Source: an uncultured Anaerolineae bacterium (GTDB lineage Bacteria; Chloroflexota; Anaerolineae; Fen-1058). From it: 64,000 nt of DNA. The stretch covers positions 1 to 64,000 of the forward strand of contig CAZYXV010000012.1 of assembly GCA_964651475.1 (NCBI GenBank), read 5' to 3'. Under the pieces are notes generated by a model. That model had not been told where the DNA came from. It saw only the letters and a list, made by a program, of their open reading frames with translations, and did not search any database. The position numbers and the translations under genes are program-made. Position 1 is the first letter of the stretch; each line of letters begins with the position of its first letter. Shown piece after piece: positions 26,853-36,477 of the stretch.

Positions 26853-26867
26853 AAGGCGCTCCTACGG
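26816..26867. repeat. REP-like palindromic element, copy 1 (24-bp perfect arms, 4-nt loop)
   Basis: cgtaggagcgcctttcaggcgcga ctat cgcgcctgaaaggcgctcctacg. Confidence 0.9.
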
Positions 26868-27002
26868 GAATTTGGGGACGTTTTTTCCCATGCCCATAAC
26901 ACCGCATGAACCCGACTTGACTCATCGGCACTTTTTTCGATTGCTCAACGCGCATTAATGATTCTTCTGTTGGTAATGTTTTGGGGAGAAAAAATCGAGT
27001 AT

Positions 27003-27371
27003 ATGCGCGATGCTCTCTTTACCTACTATATGTTCATGCTTTCCAGCTTCAGCCTAAAGATATCTACCTTTCCCCCAGACACTTTTCGGCTTTTGCGAGG
27101 GGCTGATTTCTTGTGGCGGTTTGAGGGCGATTGGAGTTCGAAAGAACGGGCAATCGTTCGAGCTGTTATGCGCCATTATGAATACAAGCACGGAGAGGAC
27201 CGGGGGTGGACGACCTGGTTACTTGTTTGCTATAAGCATCAGAACTGCAAGGACTTTCATGCTGTCTATGGTACCAAGGTGTCTTTGTACGGCGACTCGG
27301 TTGAGCAACTGGTGCAAAAGATTCGCTACTATTACGAAACAGGCAACCCTGCTTTAGGTCAAGGCTTTTGA
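27003..27371 (+). CDS. Hypothetical protein in a lower-GC segment (Trp/Tyr-rich, no TM)
   Basis: Start MRDALFTYYMF... chosen within ORF 26958..27371. Local GC is visibly lower than the flanks. No recognisable domain. Confidence 0.45.
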   Translation: MRDALFTYYMFMLSSFSLKISTFPPDTFRLLRGADFLWRFEGDWSSKERAIVRAVMRHYEYKHGEDRGWTTWLLVCYKHQNCKDFHAVYGTKVSLYGDSVEQLVQKIRYYYETGNPALGQGF

Positions 27372-27390
27372 GGACTGGCTGGACAGGATG

Positions 27391-28056
27391 CTAGGCCGTT
27401 CGGTCATTTTCTTCCGGCAATATTTGAGGTTGAATGATTTCTGGCGGCGCTTCTGAGGTTGGAGCGCCGCTTTCTGCTTCTGCCGGGGGCGGCGCTTTGG
27501 ACTCGGCGAGTGTTTCCATGGCGTCCGTTTCGGCGGGCTGCAGCGGCGGCAGTTCGGAGAGGTTGGATAGCCCAAAGTGTTGTAGAAACTCGAACGTGGT
27601 TCCATAGAGAATGGGGTGTCCAACCGTTTCCAGCCGTCCCACTTCTTCGATCAACCCCTTGCTCAATAAATTCTTGAGCACGCTATCGCAATTGACGCCG
27701 CGCACCGCTTCTACCTGGGCGCGCGTGCACGGCTGCTGGTAGGCGACGACGGCCAGCGTTTCCAGCGCGGCCGCCGAAAGCTTGCTGGTGGCCTCGATGC
27801 CCAAAAATCGCTCGATGACGGGCGCGGCTTCTGGATGCGTTACAAGTTGCAGCCGGTCCCCTTTGTGCTGCAAGCGGAGGCCGCGCTCGTGGCTGTCTGC
27901 GTTGAGCGCGGCCAGGGCCGTTTCGATTTGCTCGACGCTGGTTTCGGTGGCCTGCGCCAGGCGCGCCACACTCACCGGCTCGTCGGCCACAAAGAGCAGA
28001 TTTTCGATAATGGCTGTCAGAGACAGGCTGGAGGGTAGTGTCGCCGGATCAGGCAT
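27391..28056 (-). CDS. scpB: Segregation and condensation protein B
   Basis: 221 aa with LEALLFVADEP-like N-terminus (IENLLFVADEPVSVARLA) and two wHTH repeats. C-terminal acidic/Pro tail. Confidence 0.9.
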   Translation of the reverse strand: MPDPATLPSSLSLTAIIENLLFVADEPVSVARLAQATETSVEQIETALAALNADSHERGLRLQHKGDRLQLVTHPEAAPVIERFLGIEATSKLSAAALETLAVVAYQQPCTRAQVEAVRGVNCDSVLKNLLSKGLIEEVGRLETVGHPILYGTTFEFLQHFGLSNLSELPPLQPAETDAMETLAESKAPPPAEAESGAPTSEAPPEIIQPQILPEENDRTA

Positions 28057-28723
28057 AAGAATCTGGCGAATCCGAGCGCGCTGGCGTTGCCGGCGGCGGC
28101 AGTTCGGCCGGTTGTGATGGCGTGAACGCAGGCCGGGGGGCCGGCGCCGGTGTGGTGGTGGGAACGCTGCCGGGCGGGTAGGGCATCATGCGGATCTGAA
28201 CTTGCGGTTTGCCCGCCAGTTGAAGCCCCATTTTTTCTTCGATGACCTGGCGCGTGACTTCGAGCACTTCTTCTGCTTTGCGCGGCACGTTCACCTCGGC
28301 GGAGGCGTCCACCTCGATGGACAAAGCCACTCCCTTGCCTTTGCGGCTAACGCGCGGCTTGACGGCAAGTATATCCGGCAGCGGATCAATGTGATAGCGC
28401 AGCCGGTTGGCGATAGAGTCTATGGTCACCCGCACCTCGCCGCCCGTCACACTCGCCACGCGGATGGTCTTGCGGCGCGGGCCGCGAAACTCGGAGATGA
28501 TCAGCAGGACGAGCAGGAAATCTACAAAGATCGCCACCAGGATGAGCAGGGCTTGAGACAAAACGTTATACTCTGGCCTGATTCGGGCGAGCAGCCTCAA
28601 TATTGCCGAAGCTGTCTCCATCACCAGCGTCAGGCTCTTGACCGGAAAAGCCAGCAAGAGCGTGACGACAATCATGGTAAGCAAGGCATCCAGCACGACC
28701 ACAATGCGATTAAAAGTATTCAC
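28049..28723 (-). CDS. Membrane-anchored Asp23/Gls24-like (AmaP-like) envelope stress protein
   Basis: 224 aa. Two N-terminal TM helices, then an Asp23-like region (IDSIANRLRYHIDPLPDI...VLEVTRQVIEEKMG) and a Pro-rich tail. Overlaps the scpB start by 8 nt. Confidence 0.55.
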   Translation of the reverse strand: MNTFNRIVVVLDALLTMIVVTLLLAFPVKSLTLVMETASAILRLLARIRPEYNVLSQALLILVAIFVDFLLVLLIISEFRGPRRKTIRVASVTGGEVRVTIDSIANRLRYHIDPLPDILAVKPRVSRKGKGVALSIEVDASAEVNVPRKAEEVLEVTRQVIEEKMGLQLAGKPQVQIRMMPYPPGSVPTTTPAPAPRPAFTPSQPAELPPPATPARSDSPDSYA

Positions 28724-28978
28724 GTTTAACCTCCGGCTTTTGCAGAGAGTGAATTGAGCATGGTTTACGTTGGGTTGGCTAGCCTATGAATTGTACCATT
28801 GCGTCACCTAATGCGCAACACGGCCATGTTTTGACGTTTGCCGGGCCAGCGGTTATAATTAATTCTGTCTGGCAAACAAGGTGCGCGCGACGTGGCCTTT
28901 GGGCGGCGGGCGCTGATTGCCCGGCATTTGTCATCATGGGTGGTTTGGCATATAATGCACACGAAAGGAGAATGGAAC

Positions 28979-29320
28979 ACGATGATGCAAGTACGCTGCC
29001 AGCACTGTAGAGGAATGTTCACGCTCAGCCGTGACGGGATTGGATTGGCGTTAGCCGAGGCCCAGGCAAAGAATGAGCAATACCACGCTTTCAATTGCCC
29101 GCAGTGCCGTTACGTCGTCAAGCTGCAAATAACCGAACTGCGGCGGCATTTGCCGGCGGATTACGTGTTGCCGGAATGGACGCCTCCTCCACCCGCCGCG
29201 GAACCTGTGCCGGTTGAAAAGCCGCCGGAAGAAAACGCGGCTCCAGCCGAGCCGGCCAGGCCCAAAAGAGCGCCCCGGTTAACCCCCAGCAAATCGCGCA
29301 GACCCAAGAGTAAAAAGTAA
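28979..29320 (+). CDS. Zinc-ribbon protein with Pro/Ala/Lys-rich basic C-terminal tail
   Basis: MMQVRCQHCRGMF...FNCPQCRYVV (CxxC...CxxC) then ...PPPPAAEPVPVEKPPEEN...RPKSKK. RBS aaggag upstream. Confidence 0.6.
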   Translation, partial: TMMQVRCQHCRGMFTLSRDGIGLALAEAQAKNEQYHAFNCPQCRYVVKLQITELRRHLPADYVLPEWTPPPPAAEPVPVEKPPEENAAPAEPARPKRAPRLTPSKSRRPKSKK

Positions 29321-29363
29321 TTTTCCCAAGCTTTTTAAGGGAACTGGATAGGAGAGTAAACAG

Positions 29364-29837
29364 ATGGAGATTCAATGCCCCAACTGCGGTTGGAAAACTG
29401 ACCTGAAGGCCGAACAACTCGTGGCGGCCATCGGCGCTGCCGCGCAAAAGCAGGCCGAATACCATATTGAGCATTGCCCACAATGCCAGTGGGTCATTCG
29501 TATACCGGTGGCGAATATGCAGGCCGTTTTGCCTGTGCCTGAGCCGGCTGCGCCGCAAGCGCCCATTGAAGCACCTGTCAAGAGACCCGCGGCTAAGAAA
29601 CCAGCCGTCAAGAAACCCGTGGCCAAGCCAGTGGCCAAGAAACCAGCCGTCAAGAAACCTGCGGCCAAGCCCAAGCCAGCGGCCAAGAAACCTGCGGCCA
29701 AGCCCAAGCCAGCGGCCAAGAAACCCGCGGCCAAGCCGGCCACTAAGCCTAGACCTAAACCGGCGGCCAAGAAACCAGTCGCCAGGAAACCTGCTGCCAA
29801 ACCAACCGCCAAAAAAGCCAGGCCGGTTGCCAAATAA
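29364..29837 (+). CDS. Zinc-ribbon protein with histone-H1-like (KKPAAKPKPAA)n tail, paralog of the upstream gene
   Basis: MEIQCPNCGWK...EHCPQCQWVI aligns with the upstream protein (QYHAFNCPQCRYVV / EYHIEHCPQCQWVI). The C-terminal 95 aa are AKKPAAK repeats, and the DNA carries a 33-bp direct repeat (29659-29724). Confidence 0.65.
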   Translation: MEIQCPNCGWKTDLKAEQLVAAIGAAAQKQAEYHIEHCPQCQWVIRIPVANMQAVLPVPEPAAPQAPIEAPVKRPAAKKPAVKKPVAKPVAKKPAVKKPAAKPKPAAKKPAAKPKPAAKKPAAKPATKPRPKPAAKKPVARKPAAKPTAKKARPVAK

Positions 29838-29896
29838 CGCCGCCGAATTGTAGTGCAAACCAACTCCCCGAAATAAAGCTTTCGGGGAGTTTATCG

Positions 29897-30523
29897 TCAT
29901 TTGTACAGTTTGTGCTGTGCGATATATGCTTCGACGTCTGGAGGAACAAGGTAGCGGATTGACAGTCCGTGTTGCACGCGGCGGCGAATGTCGCTGGCGG
30001 CGATATCTAGCCACGGCGCATCTATCCACATGATGTGTTCTTGCAGGCCGGGCAATGATTCCTCAAGCTTGGGCAAGTTCAATTCCACGCCAGGGCGGGG
30101 CGCCACTGCGAGCCGCGCCAATGCCACGATGCGATGGGGGTCGCGCCACTTGAAAAGATCGCGCAGCGAATCGGCGCCCATCAGAAAATATAATTCGTGG
30201 TTGGCGTACTGTTCGCGCAAAAGACTCAACGTATCGGCGGTGTAATGCGGGCCGGGGCGGTCTATATCCACGTGCGATACGTCAAAGCCGGCGCGCCCGG
30301 CGAGCGCCAATTGCGTCATCGCCAAACGGTGATGAATGGGGGTGGTGGATTGATCGGCCTTGAGCGGCTGCTGGCCGGCGGGGCAAAATAATACAACTTC
30401 CAGCCCCAGTTGTTCGCGCGCCTGATCGGCCAGCACCAGGTGCCCGATGTGGGGCGGGTCAAACGTGCCCCCCAAGATGCCTAAACGCTTACTGGCGGGA
30501 TTGAAACGAGGTATCATAACCAA
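29897..30523 (-). CDS. nadD: Nicotinate-nucleotide adenylyltransferase
   Basis: 208 aa with GGTFDPPHIGH nucleotidyltransferase motif. Confidence 0.9.
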   Translation of the reverse strand: MVMIPRFNPASKRLGILGGTFDPPHIGHLVLADQAREQLGLEVVLFCPAGQQPLKADQSTTPIHHRLAMTQLALAGRAGFDVSHVDIDRPGPHYTADTLSLLREQYANHELYFLMGADSLRDLFKWRDPHRIVALARLAVAPRPGVELNLPKLEESLPGLQEHIMWIDAPWLDIAASDIRRRVQHGLSIRYLVPPDVEAYIAQHKLYK

Positions 30524-30578
30524 ATCAGTAAACTTGTGTGCGCATTGTAATCAGTGAACATTCACGTTCATTCGCGGA

Positions 30579-31232
30579 TCAGGGCAACTGCGCCAGCGCA
30601 TCGCGCACGGCCAACAGGGAGGGCATAGCCTGGTCCGCCGCCGAAAGGTCGAGTGCGCGCGTGTGCTCGTTGGGCACAGCCCAGCACATCATGCCGGCCG
30701 CCTTGGCCGCGGCAATTCCGTTGGGCGCGTCTTCCAGCACCAGGCAACCGTCCGGCGGCAAGTTCAATCGTTCCGCGCCCAGCAGATAGCAATCAGGCGC
30801 GGGCTTGCCGTGTGGAACATCTTGCCCGGTTACGACGGCGTCGAAATCACTCTCGATGGCCAGTTCGCGCAGGACGGTATTGACATAGCCGGGCAGCCCC
30901 GAAGTGACCACCGCGCGTGGCATGCCCTGCGCCTTGAGCCAATCGAGCAATTCAAACAGGCCTGGCATGACGCGCAAGCGGCCGGGCAACATTTCCATGA
31001 ATCGGGCGTTGCGCTGGCGGGCCAGTTCTTCGGGGGGAGCAGGCAGCGCCAACCACTCGCGCACCAGCCGCGAACACTCTGCCTGGCGCAAGCCCAACAT
31101 TTTGCCAAACATCGCCTCGTCAATCGTGCGCCCATAGCTGGCTGCCGTCTGTTGCCAGGCTTGTTTGGCCAGCGGCTCGCTATCTATCATCAAGCCGTCC
31201 ATATCGAAAAGCACGGCGCGAATCATCGTCAC
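30579..31232 (-). CDS. HAD-superfamily hydrolase, subfamily IA (beta-phosphoglucomutase-like)
   Basis: LFDMDGLMIDSE motif I, plus later motifs (VTSG, GKPAPD, EDAPNGIAAAKAAG). Confidence 0.85.
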   Translation of the reverse strand: MTMIRAVLFDMDGLMIDSEPLAKQAWQQTAASYGRTIDEAMFGKMLGLRQAECSRLVREWLALPAPPEELARQRNARFMEMLPGRLRVMPGLFELLDWLKAQGMPRAVVTSGLPGYVNTVLRELAIESDFDAVVTGQDVPHGKPAPDCYLLGAERLNLPPDGCLVLEDAPNGIAAAKAAGMMCWAVPNEHTRALDLSAADQAMPSLLAVRDALAQLP

Positions 31233-31244
31233 CCCTGTGGATGG

Positions 31245-31709
31245 CTAAAATAGCCTTGCGTTTGTCACGCGCACCAGGTCGGCTACGCCCAACTCGATAT
31301 TTACCCCGCGCTGGCCCGCGTTGACGAAAATACGCTCGTGCGCGGTCGCCGCCTGGTCGAGCCATATCTCAAAGCCGCGGTTGAGCAGCGCCAGCGCGCC
31401 AATGCCCCCCACGCGCAGGCCCGTCAGAGCCTCGGCCTCTTTTTGCGTTGCCATGCGCAGCTTTTTATCGCCAGTGGATTTTGCCAGCGCGCGCAAATCT
31501 AGCTCGCCGTCGCCGGGAACCATCACCAACAAAGGCCTGGCGCGCGGCACCTCGCGCAGCACAATGAGCGTCTTGTACACGCGCTCGACCGGCGCCTCCA
31601 TAGCCTGCGCCGCCTCTACCGCCGAATGAATTTCGGGCGAATACTCGCGCACCTCGTATGTGATCTTGTGCGAGTCCAGCACCCGTACCGCATTCGTCTT
31701 GACCCCCAT
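31245..31709 (-). CDS. ybaK: Cys-tRNA(Pro)/Cys-tRNA(Cys) deacylase YbaK
   Basis: Start MGVKTNAVRVLDSHKITYEV...; YbaK/ProX deacylase domain (KTLIV...GDGELDL...GGIGA). Confidence 0.8.
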   Translation of the reverse strand: MGVKTNAVRVLDSHKITYEVREYSPEIHSAVEAAQAMEAPVERVYKTLIVLREVPRARPLLVMVPGDGELDLRALAKSTGDKKLRMATQKEAEALTGLRVGGIGALALLNRGFEIWLDQAATAHERIFVNAGQRGVNIELGVADLVRVTNARLF

Positions 31710-31775
31710 GTACAACTCCGCCACAGGCGCCAGGGCAAAAGTCAATCAGAGCCTTTGCCCTGGCGGTTTTGTTCC

Positions 31776-33041
<1,266 letters not shown>

Positions 33042-33045
33042 TTAT

Positions 33046-34002
33046 TTATCCACTTGAAAGTGTCCACAGGTCCAAAACAAGGAATTGTTGAAAATTGTGT
33101 ATCTGTTCGCGCAATCGTTCGTTGGTAATCATTTCCGGTCGGGGGTCAACATAGTAGACGCCATCTAGTTGGTTCAATGCCACGGTGTAGCCCAGGAAGT
33201 GATTGCTTTTGAAGGTCGAGTTAACGCCGAAAATACTATCGCCACGTTGGGCGCGCTGAACGTCGTGGAGAAAAATTGCAATGACTGGCACCTCTCTGCC
33301 GAGGAGCTTGGTCAGCAAATACTTGTCGAGGAATATTTTATCTATCCGGTCCTTGCTGGTTGTTTTGACAGAACCGACTATTTCTGTAGGGTGAATGAAC
33401 TTGGTTTCTGAAGTGAGGATAGCTTTGTTACGCGAGAAAACCAGATCAAGCTCATAAGACATCTCGTAGCCAGCATAACCCGGTATAGGAATGTTGACGG
33501 TACGCGGCTCACATTCTAAACCGGCTTGCTGGATGATGAGCTTGACCAGCGACTCAAAAAGCTGCCCGACGCGTTTCCTGGATTGGTTAGGATTACTGAA
33601 CGAGTCGCCAATGCAGCCAATAATCTGTTGAATAGTATATACAACCTTGTTAATCCCTTGAGACTCGACGTATCGTTTTGTATTCCTACGACCAATCGCC
33701 TTATTTTGATATTTTTTGAGATCGGCAAGAAAAGCCATAAACCGTTCAAAAGCTTGTTCGAGGTCACTAGCCGATTCAAGAAACAGGGCAGTGTTCAGCG
33801 GACGTGTGATTTTGTGCCCATAGTCCTTGCCATACTGATAAAAAACATAATTGGGGTGGGATGGAGAAATGATGCGTGTTGGCTGTGTCTTTTCCATAAA
33901 GGCAAGAAAAGTTCGGCCAATGATGAGATAATCTTCCAATGCTGTGAATGCAGATTTATCTTGAACGCTTGTTTGCAAATCAGCCAACGTTATTTCTTTC
34001 AT
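33046..34002 (-). CDS. Putative type II restriction endonuclease (partner of the adjacent MTase), low-GC
   Basis: 318 aa, no recognisable conserved domain. Candidate PD-(D/E)xK-like stretch YELDLVFSRNK...ETK. Translationally coupled (4-nt overlap) to the downstream MTase. Base composition is clearly lower in GC than the flanks. Confidence 0.45.
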   Translation of the reverse strand: MKEITLADLQTSVQDKSAFTALEDYLIIGRTFLAFMEKTQPTRIISPSHPNYVFYQYGKDYGHKITRPLNTALFLESASDLEQAFERFMAFLADLKKYQNKAIGRRNTKRYVESQGINKVVYTIQQIIGCIGDSFSNPNQSRKRVGQLFESLVKLIIQQAGLECEPRTVNIPIPGYAGYEMSYELDLVFSRNKAILTSETKFIHPTEIVGSVKTTSKDRIDKIFLDKYLLTKLLGREVPVIAIFLHDVQRAQRGDSIFGVNSTFKSNHFLGYTVALNQLDGVYYVDPRPEMITNERLREQIHNFQQFLVLDLWTLSSG

Positions 34003-35012
34003 CGAATTGATTTTCTCCGTTCAACGTTGTCCGAATCGTATTGGATCCACTTTTCGATAGGCCAATCTTCCACAAGTTCAATTCTGTGAACCGCCCACTG
34101 GCAGTATTCGAGCGATATGTCACATCCTTTCCATTTCCGTTCGAGTTGTTCGGCCACGACGGCGGTAGTGCCCGATCCGAGAAATGGGTCTATTACCCGG
34201 TCGCCGATATTAGAGGAAGCCAGAATAATTTTCCTCAGCAGTTCTTCAGGTTTTTGAGTTGGGTGGGGCGTTTTTTCGTGCATACCATTGCACGTTGTCG
34301 GAATTTCCAGAACATCTCTTGGCTTGGCGCCACGCGGATGTGGTTGCCAGATGCGAGTTTTGCCATCGCCTCGCCCGTATTGACTGGTTTCGGCCTGTGG
34401 ATGTTCGGGATACTTGAGAGTATGGTTCCCATAAGGAACCCGCACGTCATCAACATTGAATGTAAACTGGCTGCTTTTTCTCAAGTGCAGAATGCTTTCG
34501 TGCGAGCGTCCCCAATCCGCGCCCAGGTTGGCCTTGTTTTTGTAATGCCATACCAACCATCGGCAACCTCTAAAAAAGCGCGAGGCGGGCAATCTAAGAT
34601 CGGCCAATATCTCGGAAAAGCCGCAGATATAAAGCGTGCCGGCGGGTTTCAAAACTCGCGCTGCTTGTTCAATCCATTTGAGCGACCAATCGAGATATTC
34701 TTGTTGAGATTCAAATGTATCCCACGCAGCCTTTTTGATATTGTAAGGCGGGTCGGCAAAAACAAGATCAACCGATTCGTTTTCCAAAGAGCTGAGCCAG
34801 GCGACTGCATCACCCACCCAGATTTCGCCATTGGAGTGAGAATAAAACAAGACTGGCGACTGCGGATTCAATTGCCCGCTATTGATTTGGGCAATGGTTC
34901 CCCTAAGCATCGGCTGTCCGAAAAAACTGGGAATGTCTGCATTGCGAGCATATTCCGCCACGGGTTCGCGCAAATCTTGCTTTTTGCTACTTGACATTTG
35001 CTTCTTGCTCAT
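33999..35012 (-). CDS. DNA methyltransferase, beta-class N4-cytosine/N6-adenine (DPPY then FxGxG order)
   Basis: 337 aa with DLVFADPPYN catalytic motif IV before DPFLGSGTT AdoMet motif I (ParB/beta-class permutation). Confidence 0.85.
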   Translation of the reverse strand: MSKKQMSSSKKQDLREPVAEYARNADIPSFFGQPMLRGTIAQINSGQLNPQSPVLFYSHSNGEIWVGDAVAWLSSLENESVDLVFADPPYNIKKAAWDTFESQQEYLDWSLKWIEQAARVLKPAGTLYICGFSEILADLRLPASRFFRGCRWLVWHYKNKANLGADWGRSHESILHLRKSSQFTFNVDDVRVPYGNHTLKYPEHPQAETSQYGRGDGKTRIWQPHPRGAKPRDVLEIPTTCNGMHEKTPHPTQKPEELLRKIILASSNIGDRVIDPFLGSGTTAVVAEQLERKWKGCDISLEYCQWAVHRIELVEDWPIEKWIQYDSDNVERRKSIR

Positions 35013-35088
35013 GAGGCAAGCATACCCGCAATGGCTAGGGTTGTCAAGACAAAAAACGGCCTCTGCAAGAGGCCATTTTTGTCATCTT

Positions 35089-36021
35089 TCAAGCAGCTTG
35101 TAACGCCGCCAGCCCCTCCGGGTCGCCCACGCTGTAGGTGGTCACATTATCGCAGATGCGCTTGATCATCCCGCACAGCACGTCTTTGGGGCCAACCTCG
35201 ACAAAGTGCGTGATTCCCTGGCCGGCGATATATTCGATGGATTCGGTCCACCGCACCGGCGAGGTCAGTTGCGCTTCCAGTTCGTTGCGCAGCTCTTCCA
35301 CGCTCAGCGGGCGCGCCTGCACGTTGCCGACGACTGGGATAGAGGGGGGGGCGAACGGCGTCGCGTCGAGCGCGGCGCGAAATTCCCTGGCCGCGGAAAG
35401 CATCAGCGCCGAGTGGGCCGCAATGCTCACCGCCAGCGGGATGCAGCGCTTGGCGCCGCGCGCGCGCGCCAGTTCCATGGCCTTTTCCAGTGTTGGCTTG
35501 TCGCCCGAAATCACGATTTGCCCCGGCGCGTTGTCGTTGGCAATTTGCGCCACACCATCGGTTGCCTTGCACGCCTCGGCGCATACCTCGATCAGCGCGG
35601 CTCGCTCCAGTTTAATCACGGCGGCCATGCCGCCTGGCGAATCCTCGCCGGCCTGCTTCATCAAGCGTCCACGCTCGCGCACCAACTTGAGCGCATCTTC
35701 AAAGGCTAGCGCGCCGGCGCACACCAGCGCCGAAAACTCGCCCAGGCTGTGGCCGGCCACGTAGGCGGGCTGCCATTCACCCGCGTGCTGATGGATCACG
35801 CGCAGCGCGGCGATGCTGGCTGTGAGGAGGGCGGGCTGCGTGTTGATGGTATCCGTCAGCGTCGCCTCTGGGCCTTGAAAACACAGCGCCGAAAGTGCGA
35901 ATCCCAACACGGCGTCGGCCTGGTCAAATACCTGGCGCGCTTCTGGATAGGTCTCGGCGAGCAGTTGCCCCATCCCGACAAATTGCGACCCCTGACCTGG
36001 AAAGACAAAAGCGGCGTCCAT
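35089..36021 (-). CDS. fabD: Malonyl-CoA:ACP transacylase
   Basis: FVFPGQGSQFVGMG and GHSLGEFSALVCAG active-site motifs. Confidence 0.9.
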   Translation of the reverse strand: MDAAFVFPGQGSQFVGMGQLLAETYPEARQVFDQADAVLGFALSALCFQGPEATLTDTINTQPALLTASIAALRVIHQHAGEWQPAYVAGHSLGEFSALVCAGALAFEDALKLVRERGRLMKQAGEDSPGGMAAVIKLERAALIEVCAEACKATDGVAQIANDNAPGQIVISGDKPTLEKAMELARARGAKRCIPLAVSIAAHSALMLSAAREFRAALDATPFAPPSIPVVGNVQARPLSVEELRNELEAQLTSPVRWTESIEYIAGQGITHFVEVGPKDVLCGMIKRICDNVTTYSVGDPEGLAALQAA

Positions 36022-36134
36022 GTTCACGCTCTCCTTCCTGTATAATACAAGACACGAGGCCGCCCTTGCGGCCTCGTGTATCGGTTTGTTGCCAGGCGTA
36101 CAAGCCCGTTGACGGCCAACGAGCTATTCGTGCA

Positions 36135-36326
36135 TTATTTCTTTTTCGTTTCGACTTTGACCACTTCGACGCCATTGTATGTGCCGCAATTGGGGCACAC
36201 GAGGTGCGGCGGCTTGGGTTCGTGGCACTGCGAGCATAATATCAATTGTTGCGGCTTGAGCGCCAGATGGCTGCGCCGGCGATTCCGCCGACCCTGTTGA
36301 ACTTTACGTTTTGGAAGGGCACCCAC
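36135..36326 (-). CDS. rpmF: 50S ribosomal protein L32 (zinc-ribbon type)
   Basis: 63 aa: MGALPKRKVQQGRRNRRRSH... with CSQC...CPNC. Located upstream of fabD as in the conserved fatty-acid-synthesis operon. Confidence 0.85.
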   Translation of the reverse strand: MGALPKRKVQQGRRNRRRSHLALKPQQLILCSQCHEPKPPHLVCPNCGTYNGVEVVKVETKKK

Positions 36327-36477
36327 AGAACAACACTCCTTTCAACCTGACCCAGCGGGCCGGTTTGCGCAATATCTGTGTATCCCCGCGCCATGCAGCG
36401 GGAACACGGTTGCTGATTATAACAGAAGCTTGCATACTGTCAAGCCGCGCGGGGCGCTGGCGGTTAGCCTCTCCGCG

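Noticed and set aside
35138-36045. Plus-strand ORFs over fabD (35138..35764, 35206..35709, 35749..36045)
   Set aside because: Antisense shadows of fabD, which has unambiguous active-site motifs.
36330-36477. YceD/DUF177 gene expected upstream of rpmF
   Set aside because: The upstream gene (36478-36978) lacks the C-terminal CxxC pairs of YceD and is a Cys-free coiled-coil protein. YceD is not called.
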